From the NCBI RefSeq assembly GCF_001194135.2, contig NC_068982.1, positions 54,735,133-54,767,924 of the forward strand: 32,792 nt of DNA. The letters run 5' to 3'. Positions 22,032 through 32,663 of the stretch are shown one piece after another. The DNA comes from Octopus bimaculoides (lineage: Eukaryota). The notes under the pieces are model-generated. The model searched no databases. It was not told where the DNA came from and saw only the letters and a list, made by a program, of their open reading frames with translations. Position 1 is the stretch's first letter; every line of letters begins with the position of its first letter. The position numbers and the translations under genes are program-made.

Positions 22032-22445
22032 CCCTAAATCCTTGAGTATAGTCCGCCCTTGAGTATAATACGTAGGGGATTTTTAGGGGGCTGTACCTCT
22101 GAAAAACCTAAACCTTGTGTATAATACGCACCCCTTCTCTAACTTGAGTCAAGGAGGTCTATATAACGTCCTTGGTTTGTAAACGTATATACAGTAACGT
22201 CCTTTATTATTATCGTATATATAACATAATGCAAGTATGTAGCTTTTTTGTGCACTTTGCAGAAAATAAAGAAATAACAGTAATAACGTCAGTGAAAAAT
22301 GAATATTTTGCCTTTACATATTTATCACTTAGAAAATTTTGCTTAGAAAATATTTTTCATTTTTAACCTCGTATATAGTACGCACTAGAAATTTTGACCT
22401 TTAAATTTTGGGAGAAAAGTGCGGATTATACTCGAAGATTTACGG
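22032..22445. mobile_element. Tc1/pogo-type MITE with TA TSD
   Basis: TA|CCCTAAATCCTTGAGTATAGTCCGC ... GCGGATTATACTCGAAGATTTACGG|TA gives a 25-bp TIR with 4 mismatches. Internal GTATAATACG repeats are present. Confidence 0.8.
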
Positions 22446-22791
22446 TATTTCAATTTTCTTTTTTAAACTACATGGATGTGATTTGAGTGAGATTTGGCTG
22501 TTACATCAATCAGGTCGAGTGATCACAAAGAGCGCGTCTTGTTGTTCTTGTTGTTAATACTAACTAATTCTTTACAATATTGACATTGCAGGTAGTTGGA
22601 AATGTATTATTGAGATATGTTTTTTTATTACTTTAATATATTTATATATAGGTTACTGTAATTAGTTATAGGAAAGAGAAAGAGAGAAAGACGCACGTTT
22701 GTGAACTAGAGGTTTGGTTGTGTGTGTTTGCCAGCGACTTCATGTCATTCGGTCTGATATATCTTCCAGCCTTCATATATACATACATACA

Positions 22792-22857
22792 TATAGCGTA
22801 GTGGTTAAGAGCGCGGACTACTAACCCCAAGATTCCGAGTTCGATTCCAGGCAGTGA

Positions 22858-22862
<5 letters not shown>
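22792..22862 (+). mobile_element. Short tRNA-derived SINE head with an (AAT)n tail
   Basis: A box TAGCGTAGTGG (22794-22804) and B box GAGTTCGATTCC (~22837-22848), then directly (AAT)n. I could not build a full cloverleaf with an acceptor stem, so it is not called a tRNA gene. Confidence 0.8.
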
Positions 22863-22920
<58 letters not shown>

Positions 22921-22944
22921 TAATAATAATAATAATAATAATAT

Positions 22945-23022
<78 letters not shown>

Positions 23023-23067
23023 TAATAATAACAATAATAACTGCAACAATTCAGTTAATAATAATAA
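22863..23067. repeat. (AAT)n/(GAT)n/(AAC)n compound microsatellite
   Basis: Seen directly. Confidence 0.95.
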
Positions 23068-24460
23068 TTCAAACTTTATGGTAAAGATGAAGCCCAAGTC
23101 AGTTCCCTCGTTGATACGGTGTATACCTTCAGTGCTGATATCAGAATGCAGTTCGGACTGAGAAACTGTGGTGTGTTAGTATTGAAGAGAGGCAAAATCA
23201 AATATATGGACGGACTAGCAATACCGTCGGTGAAAGTTATGAAGCAGATAGAAGAGACGGGCCATAAGTACTTGGGGATTTGGGAAACGGATAAATTAAT
23301 GGTGAAAGAAATGACAGAAAACTTTAAGGTGGAGCACTTACGTAGACTGAGACTGATCCTTAAGTAGACATTAAACGGACGGAATAAAATGGAAGCTATC
23401 AACACCTGGGCGGTTTCACTCCTTAGATATGGAGCAGGGGTAATCGCATGGACAGTAGACGAACTAAACAGCTTAGACAGAAAGACACGGAAGTTGCTAA
23501 CTAGATATGGATCACTCCACCCAAAAGGTGACACAGATAGACTGTATGTACCAAGAAAAAGAGGAGGAAGAGGACATATTGGAGGCGAACACAGCATTAG
23601 AGCAAAAGAAAACAACATAGCATGGTATGTAAAAAAATGCCACAGAACCGCTATTATTAGAAGTAGGAAGGTCAGGCTTATGTAGGATGAAATATTGGAA
23701 AGATAAAGCACTATACAAGAAATTGAACACTAATGAAACTGAAAATAGGTGGGTACAGAAAAGAATGCATGGTCAACTTTATAGGGATGTTGAAGATAAG
23801 ACAGACAGAGAAAAAAGATGGCTATTGATAACTAAAAGTGATTTAAACCGGAAATGGAGGCTCTAATCTGTGCTGCTCAAGAGCAAACACTAAGAACAAA
23901 CTACATAAAATGCAGAACAGATAACACATCAGAAAGTGATAAGTGCAGAATCTATGGGCAAAACGGTGAAACCGTATGGCATATTACCGGCCAATGTACG
24001 CCACTAGCCCAGAAGGAATATAAGAGAGGCTTGTCCACTGGACACTTTGCAACAAGTATGGACTTGACAGAGCAAAAAATTGGTACGATCACAAACCTGA
24101 AGGTATTGTCGAAAAGAAAAATGCAAAGATCTTATAAGATTTTATGATTCAGTGCGACCATGAGATTGAGAATAGGAAGCCGGACATAGTCTTAATTGAG
24201 AAAGAAAACAAACTATGCTGGATCATAGACATAGCATGCCCAACTGACAAGTTATGCGATAAGGAAGAAAGAAAAGTCGAGAGATATAACAGGTTAGCTT
24301 GGGAAGTTAAGCAGTTGTAGTCGATGAAAAAGATAGCAGTAGTACCAATAATTGTCGGAGCCCTGGGAACAGTGAGCAAAAATCTCGAGAAGTACGTGGA
24401 ACAAACAGGGGCTGCAATAAGGGTGGAGAATTTGCAGAAAACAGCACTGCTTGGAACCGC
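23068..24460 (+). mobile_element. 5'-truncated RLE-type non-LTR retrotransposon (R4/Dong-like), copy 1, pseudogenised
   Basis: Broken frames cover RT domains 5-7 (KLYGKD...FSADIRMQFGLRNC...YKYLGI) and the post-RT motif AINTWAV..LRYG..V..W...EL..LDRKTRKL...LHPK.DTDRLYVPRKRGGRG. They continue through a CCHC-like CRI.G...ETVWHI...C and the RLE motif KPDIV...C.IID...P.D...K...VVPIIVGALG...LQKTALLGT. The 3' end runs into the gap. Confidence 0.9.
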
Positions 24461-24691
24461 NNNNNNNNNNNNNNNNNNNNNNNNNNNNNNNNNNNNNNNN
24501 NNNNNNNNNNNNNNNNNNNNNNNNNNNNNNNNNNNNNNNNNNNNNNNNNNNNNNNNNNNNNNNNNNNNNNNNNNNNNNNNNNNNNNNNNNNNNNNNNNNN
24601 NNNNNNNNNNNNNNNNNNNNNNNNNNNNNNNNNNNNNNNNNNNNNNNNNNNNNNNNNNNNNNNNNNNNNNNNNNNNNNNNNNNNNNNNNNN

Positions 24692-24726
<35 letters not shown>

Positions 24727-24776
24727 ACATCGAAAAATACCTTAGGAATGAGAACCCAAGTTCGAAATTTCCCCAA

Positions 24777-24822
24777 GACACCTGATGAAAGCTGGAGGGT
24801 ATTTCAGCCGAAACGTTGTGTT
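24777..24822 (+). ncRNA. Degenerate minimal type I hammerhead ribozyme (Penelope-like repeat end)
   Basis: GACAC-CUGAUGA-A-aGCUG(gagggtattt)CAGCc-GAAA-C-GUU-GUGUU. It has a 5-bp stem I, an extra A after the core, an A.C mismatch at 10.1/11.1 and a palindromic AACGUU stem III. Confidence 0.65.
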
Positions 24823-24971
24823 AACAACCGACAAATGTAAATAATGTAAATAATGTACATAATTCCTCATCTCTTAAATATAGAACTGTAATATCCTTGA
24901 ATGGTCTAGGACGTGTGTGTGTGTATGTGTGTGTGTGTGTGTGCAATATTACATCGTGTGTTTAGTATTTC

Positions 24972-25170
24972 TTGTGCTGGGGAAGTAGGCTCAATTACTT
25001 TCTGGTCCCGATGAGGAAGGTCCGTCTTGGTGAAGCAATCTTTATAATTCTGGGGTTGTGCATTCAGCAAGATAGAGTCTCAGTGGTAATGGGAGCCAGG
25101 GTTTGCAGCATTGGTGAGGCTTCTAGTTTCGTACTATTGATGTTTAGCGGATGGGTGGGTGAGGTGTGAT
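24972..25170 (-). pseudogene. Old CR1/L2-like LINE reverse-transcriptase remnant
   Basis: Minus strand reads LNINSTKLEASPML.TL..ITTETLSC*MH...I.K.AS.R..FL...RK.LSL, resembling the late-RT segment (LG...D..LSW..HI..I..KAS.R) of CR1/L2/Jockey elements. Confidence 0.45.
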
Positions 25171-25241
25171 GATCTTGAAATCTGCAGCGATTTTCTATTC
25201 TGTTATTGAAGGAGACAAGATTGGAAATGATCACATTACCG

Positions 25242-25255
25242 CAGTGGTTTTCAAC

Positions 25256-25293
<38 letters not shown>

Positions 25294-25340
25294 CTATGGA
25301 CCCCTTTCATTAGTATTTTATTCTGGGGGATCCTTCCCCC
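25242..25340 (+). mobile_element. hAT (Charlie-like) terminus
   Basis: CAGTGGTTTTCAACC followed, after a T run, by ATGGACCCC. The partner TIR was not seen. Confidence 0.45.
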
Positions 25341-26373
25341 CATCACCATTCGAAGATCAGAAACTAAATGATCTAGAGTAATACCAAATGTTTTGCAGAG
25401 TAATACCAAATGTTTTGCATGTACATTATCTACTTTAATGTATATCTACCCGCTCAATGATGAACCACTTCTATCTGTCTTTAATAGGCAATTTCAGCAC
25501 CACATTTTTCATTTGCAGATTCACCCGGAGTTTTAGTGGTAAACCAAACTGAGTACTGATAATACATACCTATTACATTACGTGAGTTGACGAAAATTTT
25601 TTGTATTATATATTACCATTAATTTTAACGTCTTATTAATGTTATCTTTCTCCCCACCACATTAACAAAGAGAACGACCACGATAAATGAGCAATAGAAA
25701 AATAACCAAAATAAGAATAATTTAATAATAAATCACTGCCGTAGAATCATTGTGATCTCTGTTATTGTTGCTGTTATTCTTATTGGAGTTTTTTTGTTGC
25801 TATCGTTGTCGAACGATTAGCATAAAATTTTATGGTTGCATGAAGGCATATAATAGATTCTGCTATCTATATTTTATGACTGTGTTCTATTTTTCATGAA
25901 CTACTAAAATTGAAAGCTCTTACGTTTAAGTAAAAGGACACGCATACAATTTGTGTTTGAATATTGAATACTCACACAAACACACACAGACACACACCTG
26001 AACATTTTGCGTACATACNNNNNNNNNNNNNNNNNNNNNNNNNNNNNNNNNNNNNNNNNNNNNNNNNNNNNNNNNNNNNNNNNNNNNNNNNNNNNNNNNN
26101 NNNNNNNNNNNNNNNNNNNNNNNNNNNNNNNNNNNNNNNNNNNNNNNNNNNNNNNNNNNNNNNNNNNNNNNNNNNNNNNNNNNNNNNNNNNNNNNNNNNN
26201 NNNNNNNNNNNNNNNNNNNNNNNNNNNNNNNNNNNNNNNNNNNNNNNNNNNNNNNNNNNNNNNNNNNNNNNNNNNNNNNNNNNNNNNNNNNNNNNNNNNN
26301 NNNNNNNNNNNNNNNNNNNNNNNNNNNNNNNNNNNNNNNNNNNNNNNNNNNNNNNNNNNNNNNNNNNNNNNNN

Positions 26374-26405
<32 letters not shown>

Positions 26406-26690
26406 CATGCATATACATATACATGTATGTATATGAAGTTTATCTTTATGTACATTTATACATAAAGCACGCACCAATGTATATCTACATTCATACATTC
26501 AAAGACTCATCCACAGACACACACACACACTCACGCACGCAGGCAGACACACACGTGCATACATACATACACACATACATACATACATACATACATACAT
26601 ACATACATACATACATACATTACATACATACATACATACATACATTACATGCATACATACACACATACATACATACATACATTACATACA

Positions 26691-26721
<31 letters not shown>

Positions 26722-26740
26722 CATACATACATACATACAT
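26374..26740. repeat. (TA)n and (TACA)n microsatellites between N-gaps
   Basis: Seen directly. The gaps are 26019-26373 and 26741-27619, and the 330-554 aa ORFs here are artefacts. Confidence 0.95.
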
Positions 26741-27721
26741 NNNNNNNNNNNNNNNNNNNNNNNNNNNNNNNNNNNNNNNNNNNNNNNNNNNNNNNNNNNN
26801 NNNNNNNNNNNNNNNNNNNNNNNNNNNNNNNNNNNNNNNNNNNNNNNNNNNNNNNNNNNNNNNNNNNNNNNNNNNNNNNNNNNNNNNNNNNNNNNNNNNN
26901 NNNNNNNNNNNNNNNNNNNNNNNNNNNNNNNNNNNNNNNNNNNNNNNNNNNNNNNNNNNNNNNNNNNNNNNNNNNNNNNNNNNNNNNNNNNNNNNNNNNN
27001 NNNNNNNNNNNNNNNNNNNNNNNNNNNNNNNNNNNNNNNNNNNNNNNNNNNNNNNNNNNNNNNNNNNNNNNNNNNNNNNNNNNNNNNNNNNNNNNNNNNN
27101 NNNNNNNNNNNNNNNNNNNNNNNNNNNNNNNNNNNNNNNNNNNNNNNNNNNNNNNNNNNNNNNNNNNNNNNNNNNNNNNNNNNNNNNNNNNNNNNNNNNN
27201 NNNNNNNNNNNNNNNNNNNNNNNNNNNNNNNNNNNNNNNNNNNNNNNNNNNNNNNNNNNNNNNNNNNNNNNNNNNNNNNNNNNNNNNNNNNNNNNNNNNN
27301 NNNNNNNNNNNNNNNNNNNNNNNNNNNNNNNNNNNNNNNNNNNNNNNNNNNNNNNNNNNNNNNNNNNNNNNNNNNNNNNNNNNNNNNNNNNNNNNNNNNN
27401 NNNNNNNNNNNNNNNNNNNNNNNNNNNNNNNNNNNNNNNNNNNNNNNNNNNNNNNNNNNNNNNNNNNNNNNNNNNNNNNNNNNNNNNNNNNNNNNNNNNN
27501 NNNNNNNNNNNNNNNNNNNNNNNNNNNNNNNNNNNNNNNNNNNNNNNNNNNNNNNNNNNNNNNNNNNNNNNNNNNNNNNNNNNNNNNNNNNNNNNNNNNN
27601 NNNNNNNNNNNNNNNNNNNGGTGTATAATAAATTCATGTAAAGATTATAACTTAAATGCTCACAACTAGACTCTCTTCAAGAGAAATTAAGTTTACTACA
27701 GTCACATTGTGTGTGTTGTGT

Positions 27722-27802
27722 TGGCACTCCGTCGCTTACAACGTCGAGGGTTTCAGTTGATCTGATCAGCGGAACAGCCTGCTCGTGAAATTAACGTGCA
27801 AG
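27722..27802 (+). mobile_element. Truncated copy of the 104-297 dispersed repeat
   Basis: TGGCACTCCGTCGC...GCCTGCTCGTGAAATTAACGTGCAAG stops where the RLE fragment begins. Confidence 0.75.
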
Positions 27803-28745
27803 TTTTCTAAGGATGCACACAGTACTTTTCAGCACAATCTTTTGGATTTCTCTGAGAGATGGTTCTCCTGGGATGTTATCTAGATGGTTCCTTTTTTTTT
27901 TATCATACCTAGGGCACCTACAATAACAGGAAGAATTCTTGCTTTAAGATGCCACATCTTTTGTATTTCAATTTCCAGGACGTTAATTTGTCAAATTGCT
28001 TTACAGATATATTTTTATCGGTGGAAACACTTACATCTATTAACCTACAAGCATTTTCTTCCCTGTCTTAAATAATTATCTCTGGTCGATTAGCCTGGAT
28101 CGTTCTGTCAGTGTCGACTGGAAAATCCCAAAGGATAGTGATATTTTTACTTTCAACGAGTGGCTCAGATTGTTGTTCATACCAGTAAGCAGGAATGCTG
28201 ATTTTGTAATTTTTACATACTACGTAAATAGTGTCCTAACCTATCGTTGGGATTTTTATATTCGTTTGATGTCAGCACAGGACATCTCGAAACGAGATGG
28301 TCTATTGTATCGTTAAATGCGTCGCAGAATCTGCATTTAGGGTCAGAGCTGTTTTGAAGAACGTTAGCCTGGTAGTTTCTGGTATGCAGGCTTCGATCTT
28401 GTGCCGCCAATATGAAACATTCAATCTCTGCTTTGAGTCCTGAACTTCTCAGCTACTGGTGGGTTTGTTGTTGTTATGATTTGATGAAAACTTTCAGCAT
28501 TGTTGTGTATGATGGAGAGTGTTAGCTGTCCACAGCCAGCAGACTAAGGCGACACTTGTTTACTGATCATGCTATAAGAAACAGGTGCTCTATCTCTGTA
28601 GCAATTTTTTTTTCTTGACCCACGTTGGTCGTTGAGTGCTGATACTTCCTAGCCCGCCAATTACTACTAGTATTAGGTTCAGTCTCTTCATTGCCCACAA
28701 CCTGCGTATTTTTCCACTTCAAATCGTCATAGTTGCTCACATTTT
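27803..28745 (-). mobile_element. 3' fragment of a second, divergent RLE-type LINE family
   Basis: Minus strand reads GLKAEIECFILAAQDRSL.TRNYQ, a CCHC knuckle CRFCDAFNDTIDHLVSRC, EYK...DRLG.YL, and RLE CRLIDVSV..DKN...EIQKMWHLKARILPVIVGALG. Confidence 0.85.
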
Positions 28746-28766
28746 CGTGATATAATAATGGATCAG

Positions 28767-28792
28767 TATTATTATTATTATTATTATTTATT
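28767..28792. repeat. (TTA)n tract between the two RLE elements
   Basis: Seen directly. Confidence 0.9.
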
Positions 28793-31200
28793 GTCCTTGC
28801 ACAGCTTCTAACGCTGGAGATGTACTACAGCGTCAGCTGTTCACTACCAGTGTACTAAGGTAACACCCTTATTTTTCTAGCACCATCCGGAGTATTCGAG
28901 CGGCTCCAAGCAGTGCTGTTTTCTGCAAGTGCAGCCCCTATTTGCTATTGCAGCTCCTATTTGTTCAATGTACTTCTCAAGATTTTTACTTAGTTCCCAG
29001 GGCTCCGAAAATTATTGCTACTACTACCACCTTTTTCAGTGACCACAACTGTTTAGCCTCCCAAGCTAACCTGTCATATCTCTCGACTTTTCTTTCTTCC
29101 TCATCGCATACCTTGTCAGTTGGGCATGTTATGTCTATGATCCAGCATCTTTTGCTTTTTTTCTCAATTAACACTATGTCTCAGGCGGCGAGCTGGCAGA
29201 AACGTTAGCACACCGGGCGAAATGCTTAGCGGTATTTCGTCTATATTTATGTTCTGAGTTCAAATTCTGCCGAGGTCGACTTTGCCTTTCATCCTTTCGG
29301 ATCGATAAATTAAGTACCAGTTGCATAATGAGGTCGATCTAATCGACTGCCCTCCTCCCCCCAAATTTTGGGCCTTGTGCCTCGAGTAGAAAAGAAAAGA
29401 ATTAACACTATGTCTGGTTTCCTATTCTCTATCTCATGGTTGCACTGAATAATAAAATCTCATACGATCTTTGCATTATCATTTTCGATGATGACTTCGA
29501 GTTTATGTTCGTACCACATTTTTGCTCTGTCAAGTCCATACTTGTTACAAGGTGTCCAATGGATAATCCCTGCTATGTTGTCATGACGGCTCTTATATTC
29601 TTTCTGAGTTGACTGGTAATATGCCATACAGTTTCGTCATTTTGTCCACAAATTCTGCACTTACCACTTTCTGATGTGTTGTCTATTCTGTATTTGATGT
29701 AATTGGCTCTTAAAGCTTGATCTTGGGCAGCATAGATTAGAGCCTCCGTTTCCGGTTTTAAATCACTTTTAATTATCAATAGCGATATTTTTCTCTGTCT
29801 GTCTTATCTTCAACATCCCTATGAAATTGTCCATGCATTCTCTTTTTTTATCCACCTATTTCCAGTTTCATTCATTCTCAAGTGCTTTATCTTTGCAATC
29901 TTCCAACCTACATAAGCCTGACCTTCTTACTTTTTTACAAACCATGCTATGTTGTTTTCTCATGCTCTAATGTTGTGTTCGCATCCAATCAGTCCTCTTT
30001 TGGTAGATACAGTCTGTCTGTGTCACCTTTTGGGTGGAGTATCCCACATCTAGTCAGCAACTTCTTTGTCTTTCTGTCTAAGCTGTTTAGTTCGTCTACT
30101 GTCCATGAGATTACCCCTGCTCCATATCTAAAGAGCGAAACCGCCCAGGTGTTGATACCTTCAATCTTATTCCGTCCGTTAAATTTCGACTTAAGGATCA
30201 GTCACAGTCTGCGTAAGTACTCCACCATAAATTTTTCTGTCATTTCTTTCTCATCAATTATCCATTTCCAATATCCCCAGGCACTTATGGCCCGCATCTT
30301 CTATTTGCTGCATTACCTCCCCCAACGGTTTCGCTATACCATCCGTACATTCAATTTTGCCTCTCTTCAATATTAACACACCACACTTTCTCAATCCGAA
30401 CTCCATTCTGATATCAGCACTGAAGGTATACACCATATCAACGAGGGAACTGACTTGGGCTTCATCTTTACCGTAAAGTTTGAAGTCATCCAGATGTCAC
30501 TCCAAAACCTTTGATTTTTATGTTATCTGGTATCAACTTTTCATCTATACTCTCCATTTATTTCTTTGTAGAATCTCTTCTCATCTACTCTGAATAACCT
30601 ATTCTACTGATATCCCTTTATTCTTTGGACGTATCTTACCATCTTTGCTTTCTTTGAAACGAGGTGCTGTTTCAGTTCCTCCATTACCTCTTTCAGGCCC
30701 TTTCTTTCATACTTCCTGTTCAGTGCCCTGTATTTTTTTAACCAGTATCCTTGAACTAAACTTGGTCCTGGGACCTTCCAATTCGGCATTTTTTCTAACA
30801 CTTTACTCATTAATACACTAGTTAGTCATAAATCTGGCTACTTCTCACTCACTATTTCTTCCCTCACATTCTTTAACCATACTGCATCTCCATTAGGATT
30901 GACTGGTTTATCCCAAATATTACTCCAGAAATTTCTAACTTCTTCTGCATTAGGTTTCTCATCTTCAGTACTTTGTTCTCTACTATTTATTTTGTTATAA
31001 AATCTCCTCTGGTCTGTCTCAAATAATCTATTCTGTTGATAATGATCTATTCTTTTCTGATATCTGGAGAGCTTGCCTGCTACTGCTATGGTACACTGCT
31101 TCAACTCCTCTATTACTGTCCCAAATCCTTTCTTTTTGACTAAGTATGTTTTCTGAAGAGAAGGTTTGCATCTTGTATTTCCTAACTTGTTCAGTTTCCA
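28793..31200 (-). mobile_element. RLE-type LINE copy 2 (same family as 23068-24460), internally deleted, chimeric 5' part, SINE-interrupted
   Basis: 30484 down to ~28900 is colinear with copy 1 (6 differences in the first 124 nt compared). The 3' UTR has a stem-loop ending at the (TAA)n tract. 31200-30490 encodes pre-RT sequence (EELKQ...NRLF...RFY...FWS.IW...MPNWKVPGP...GYWLK), and the N-terminal half of RT is missing. Confidence 0.9.
29182..29399 (+). mobile_element. Intact SINE family C with a 16-bp TSD
   Basis: Head GGCGGCGAGCTGGCAGAAACG, B box GAGTTCAAATTC (29256-29267) and an A-rich tail. The TSD AATTAACACTATGTCT is at 29166-29181 and 29400-29415. Confidence 0.95.
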
Positions 31201-31225
31201 TTATTATTTTTATTATTATTATATT

Positions 31226-32640
31226 TGCTGCGGGGGTACGACAGACGTGTTTCTGAAGGCCCGGAGCAAGTTCTTAAGAATTTCATTGCGTTCACCCGTT
31301 CGGTGTTGTTTTTTGTTTGGAATTTTGATCCCAAGCCGCAATTGAGCAGACAAGAAGCTCTCCCAGAAATTTCAGGCGGAGGTGGCGTGTGCGTACATCA
31401 CTTCCGTTATCTACTACCGACTAACCGTCGTCCCTTGCCTTGTTTCGTAGCTGATCAAGCTGGAGCGCATGCTCTTCCGTTTTCTGTGGAAGGGACCTGT
31501 TCCGCTTGTCAGATGGTCTATCTGCTGTCAACAGCCGTTGCGTGGAGGATTAGGCATGCTGTAGCTAATGATGCGCAGACACGCGTTGAAGCTACTACAT
31601 CTCCAGTGATTTTTTAACGGTGAGCAGGTGTGGTCACTGTTTGTCAAGCAGGATTTTCCGCAACTCGTCTCATTGACGAAGCTACACTCCTTGAACAAGC
31701 GTAGACCAAGGAAGGGCGCTTGGCACGTGAAGTGTCGGCAAGTGCTCACGGCTTTCTACCAGTCGGGCAACGAGGTCGGTGGAAGTTCCACTATGGAGTT
31801 CTGTAGGGGATTAGGAGAGGAAAAGAACGACGGGAGGGATCAACTGACTCGTCTTTTCCGGATCACTTTCGGGCCGGGGCCTATGGATAACTTCTAGAAA
31901 TCCCTAGCCTTGCAATGCTACCGGAGAGTTCTGATGGTTGAAGACAAGCTTTACAGACACGGAAGTGTTGTCAGATGGACTTGTCCGAGGTGTGCACAGG
32001 GCGACGAAACCGTTTTGCATGCACTCGTCCAGTGTCCGTGCATTACTGACTTGTGGAGCTTTGTCGAACAGCTGTTATCGCGTGTAGGACGGATCTGGTT
32101 ATCAGCTGAGTCCATCGTGAAGATCGTTCCGCCACCTTCCTTTGGCTGAGAAAGGCAGTTTTCGTCTGTCTGGTGTCTATGGCGAAGGAAGCAGTATGGT
32201 GGACAAGATTGAAAAGACTGAAAACAGATACTTTCCTCTTCGGCCGAATCCTCATTGACTTTTTCAAGTTCCACCTGAAAAGGAAAGTGAGAGTAGAGAG
32301 GGAAGTTCTGCCCCACAGCAAATTTGTTGAAAGATGGGTAAATGATGGCCCGTGTGAATGGGCCTACTCTGAATTTTGGTTTGTAAACCAAATGCGTTTC
32401 AGAAGGAGAGATGTGCCTGCTGAAGTGCATCTGGCGGTCGGGATAACCAGAATGTGTGGGGTTCCTCGGTTGTCTCTTTGAGGACTTCTCTTCGTTTGGG
32501 GAATTTTATGTTTAATTGTTTTGTTAATTGTTTTTGTTATTTATTGTATGCACGGCATTGTTCAACACCCAACTTGCCCCTTGTATTGTATCGTCCCTAT
32601 TTATTTTGCGTTCGGCCCTTGTAACCAATAAAAGAAAATA
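31226..32640 (+). mobile_element. 5'-truncated L1/Tx1-clade LINE (ORF2 C-terminus plus 3' UTR), pseudogenised
   Basis: Broken frames read SVIYYRL.V.P.....LIKLERMLFRFLWKG.VPLVR...C.Q.P.RGGLGM, a CCHC knuckle CPRC...DETVLHALVQC..I..LW, and KEAVWWTR...F..RW. A T-rich 3' UTR with AATAAA (~32626) precedes the microsatellite. The segment is GC-rich relative to its flanks. Confidence 0.85.
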
Positions 32641-32663
32641 TCATCATCATCATCATTCTTCTT

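Noticed and set aside
22792-22862. Possible tRNA gene
   Set aside because: It has A and B boxes but no convincing acceptor stem or T-run terminator, and it runs straight into (AAT)n, so it is treated as a SINE.
25375-25418. Perfect 22-bp tandem duplication AGAGTAATACCAAATGTTTTGC x2
   Set aside because: Two adjacent copies with no spacer indicate a local duplication, not a CRISPR-like array.
25904-27641. ORFs up to 554 aa
   Set aside because: Almost entirely N-gap and (TACA)n.
31225-31897. 130-aa and 89-aa + strand ORFs
   Set aside because: They are off-frame readings of the L1/Tx1 pseudogene; the homologous frame is interrupted by stops.
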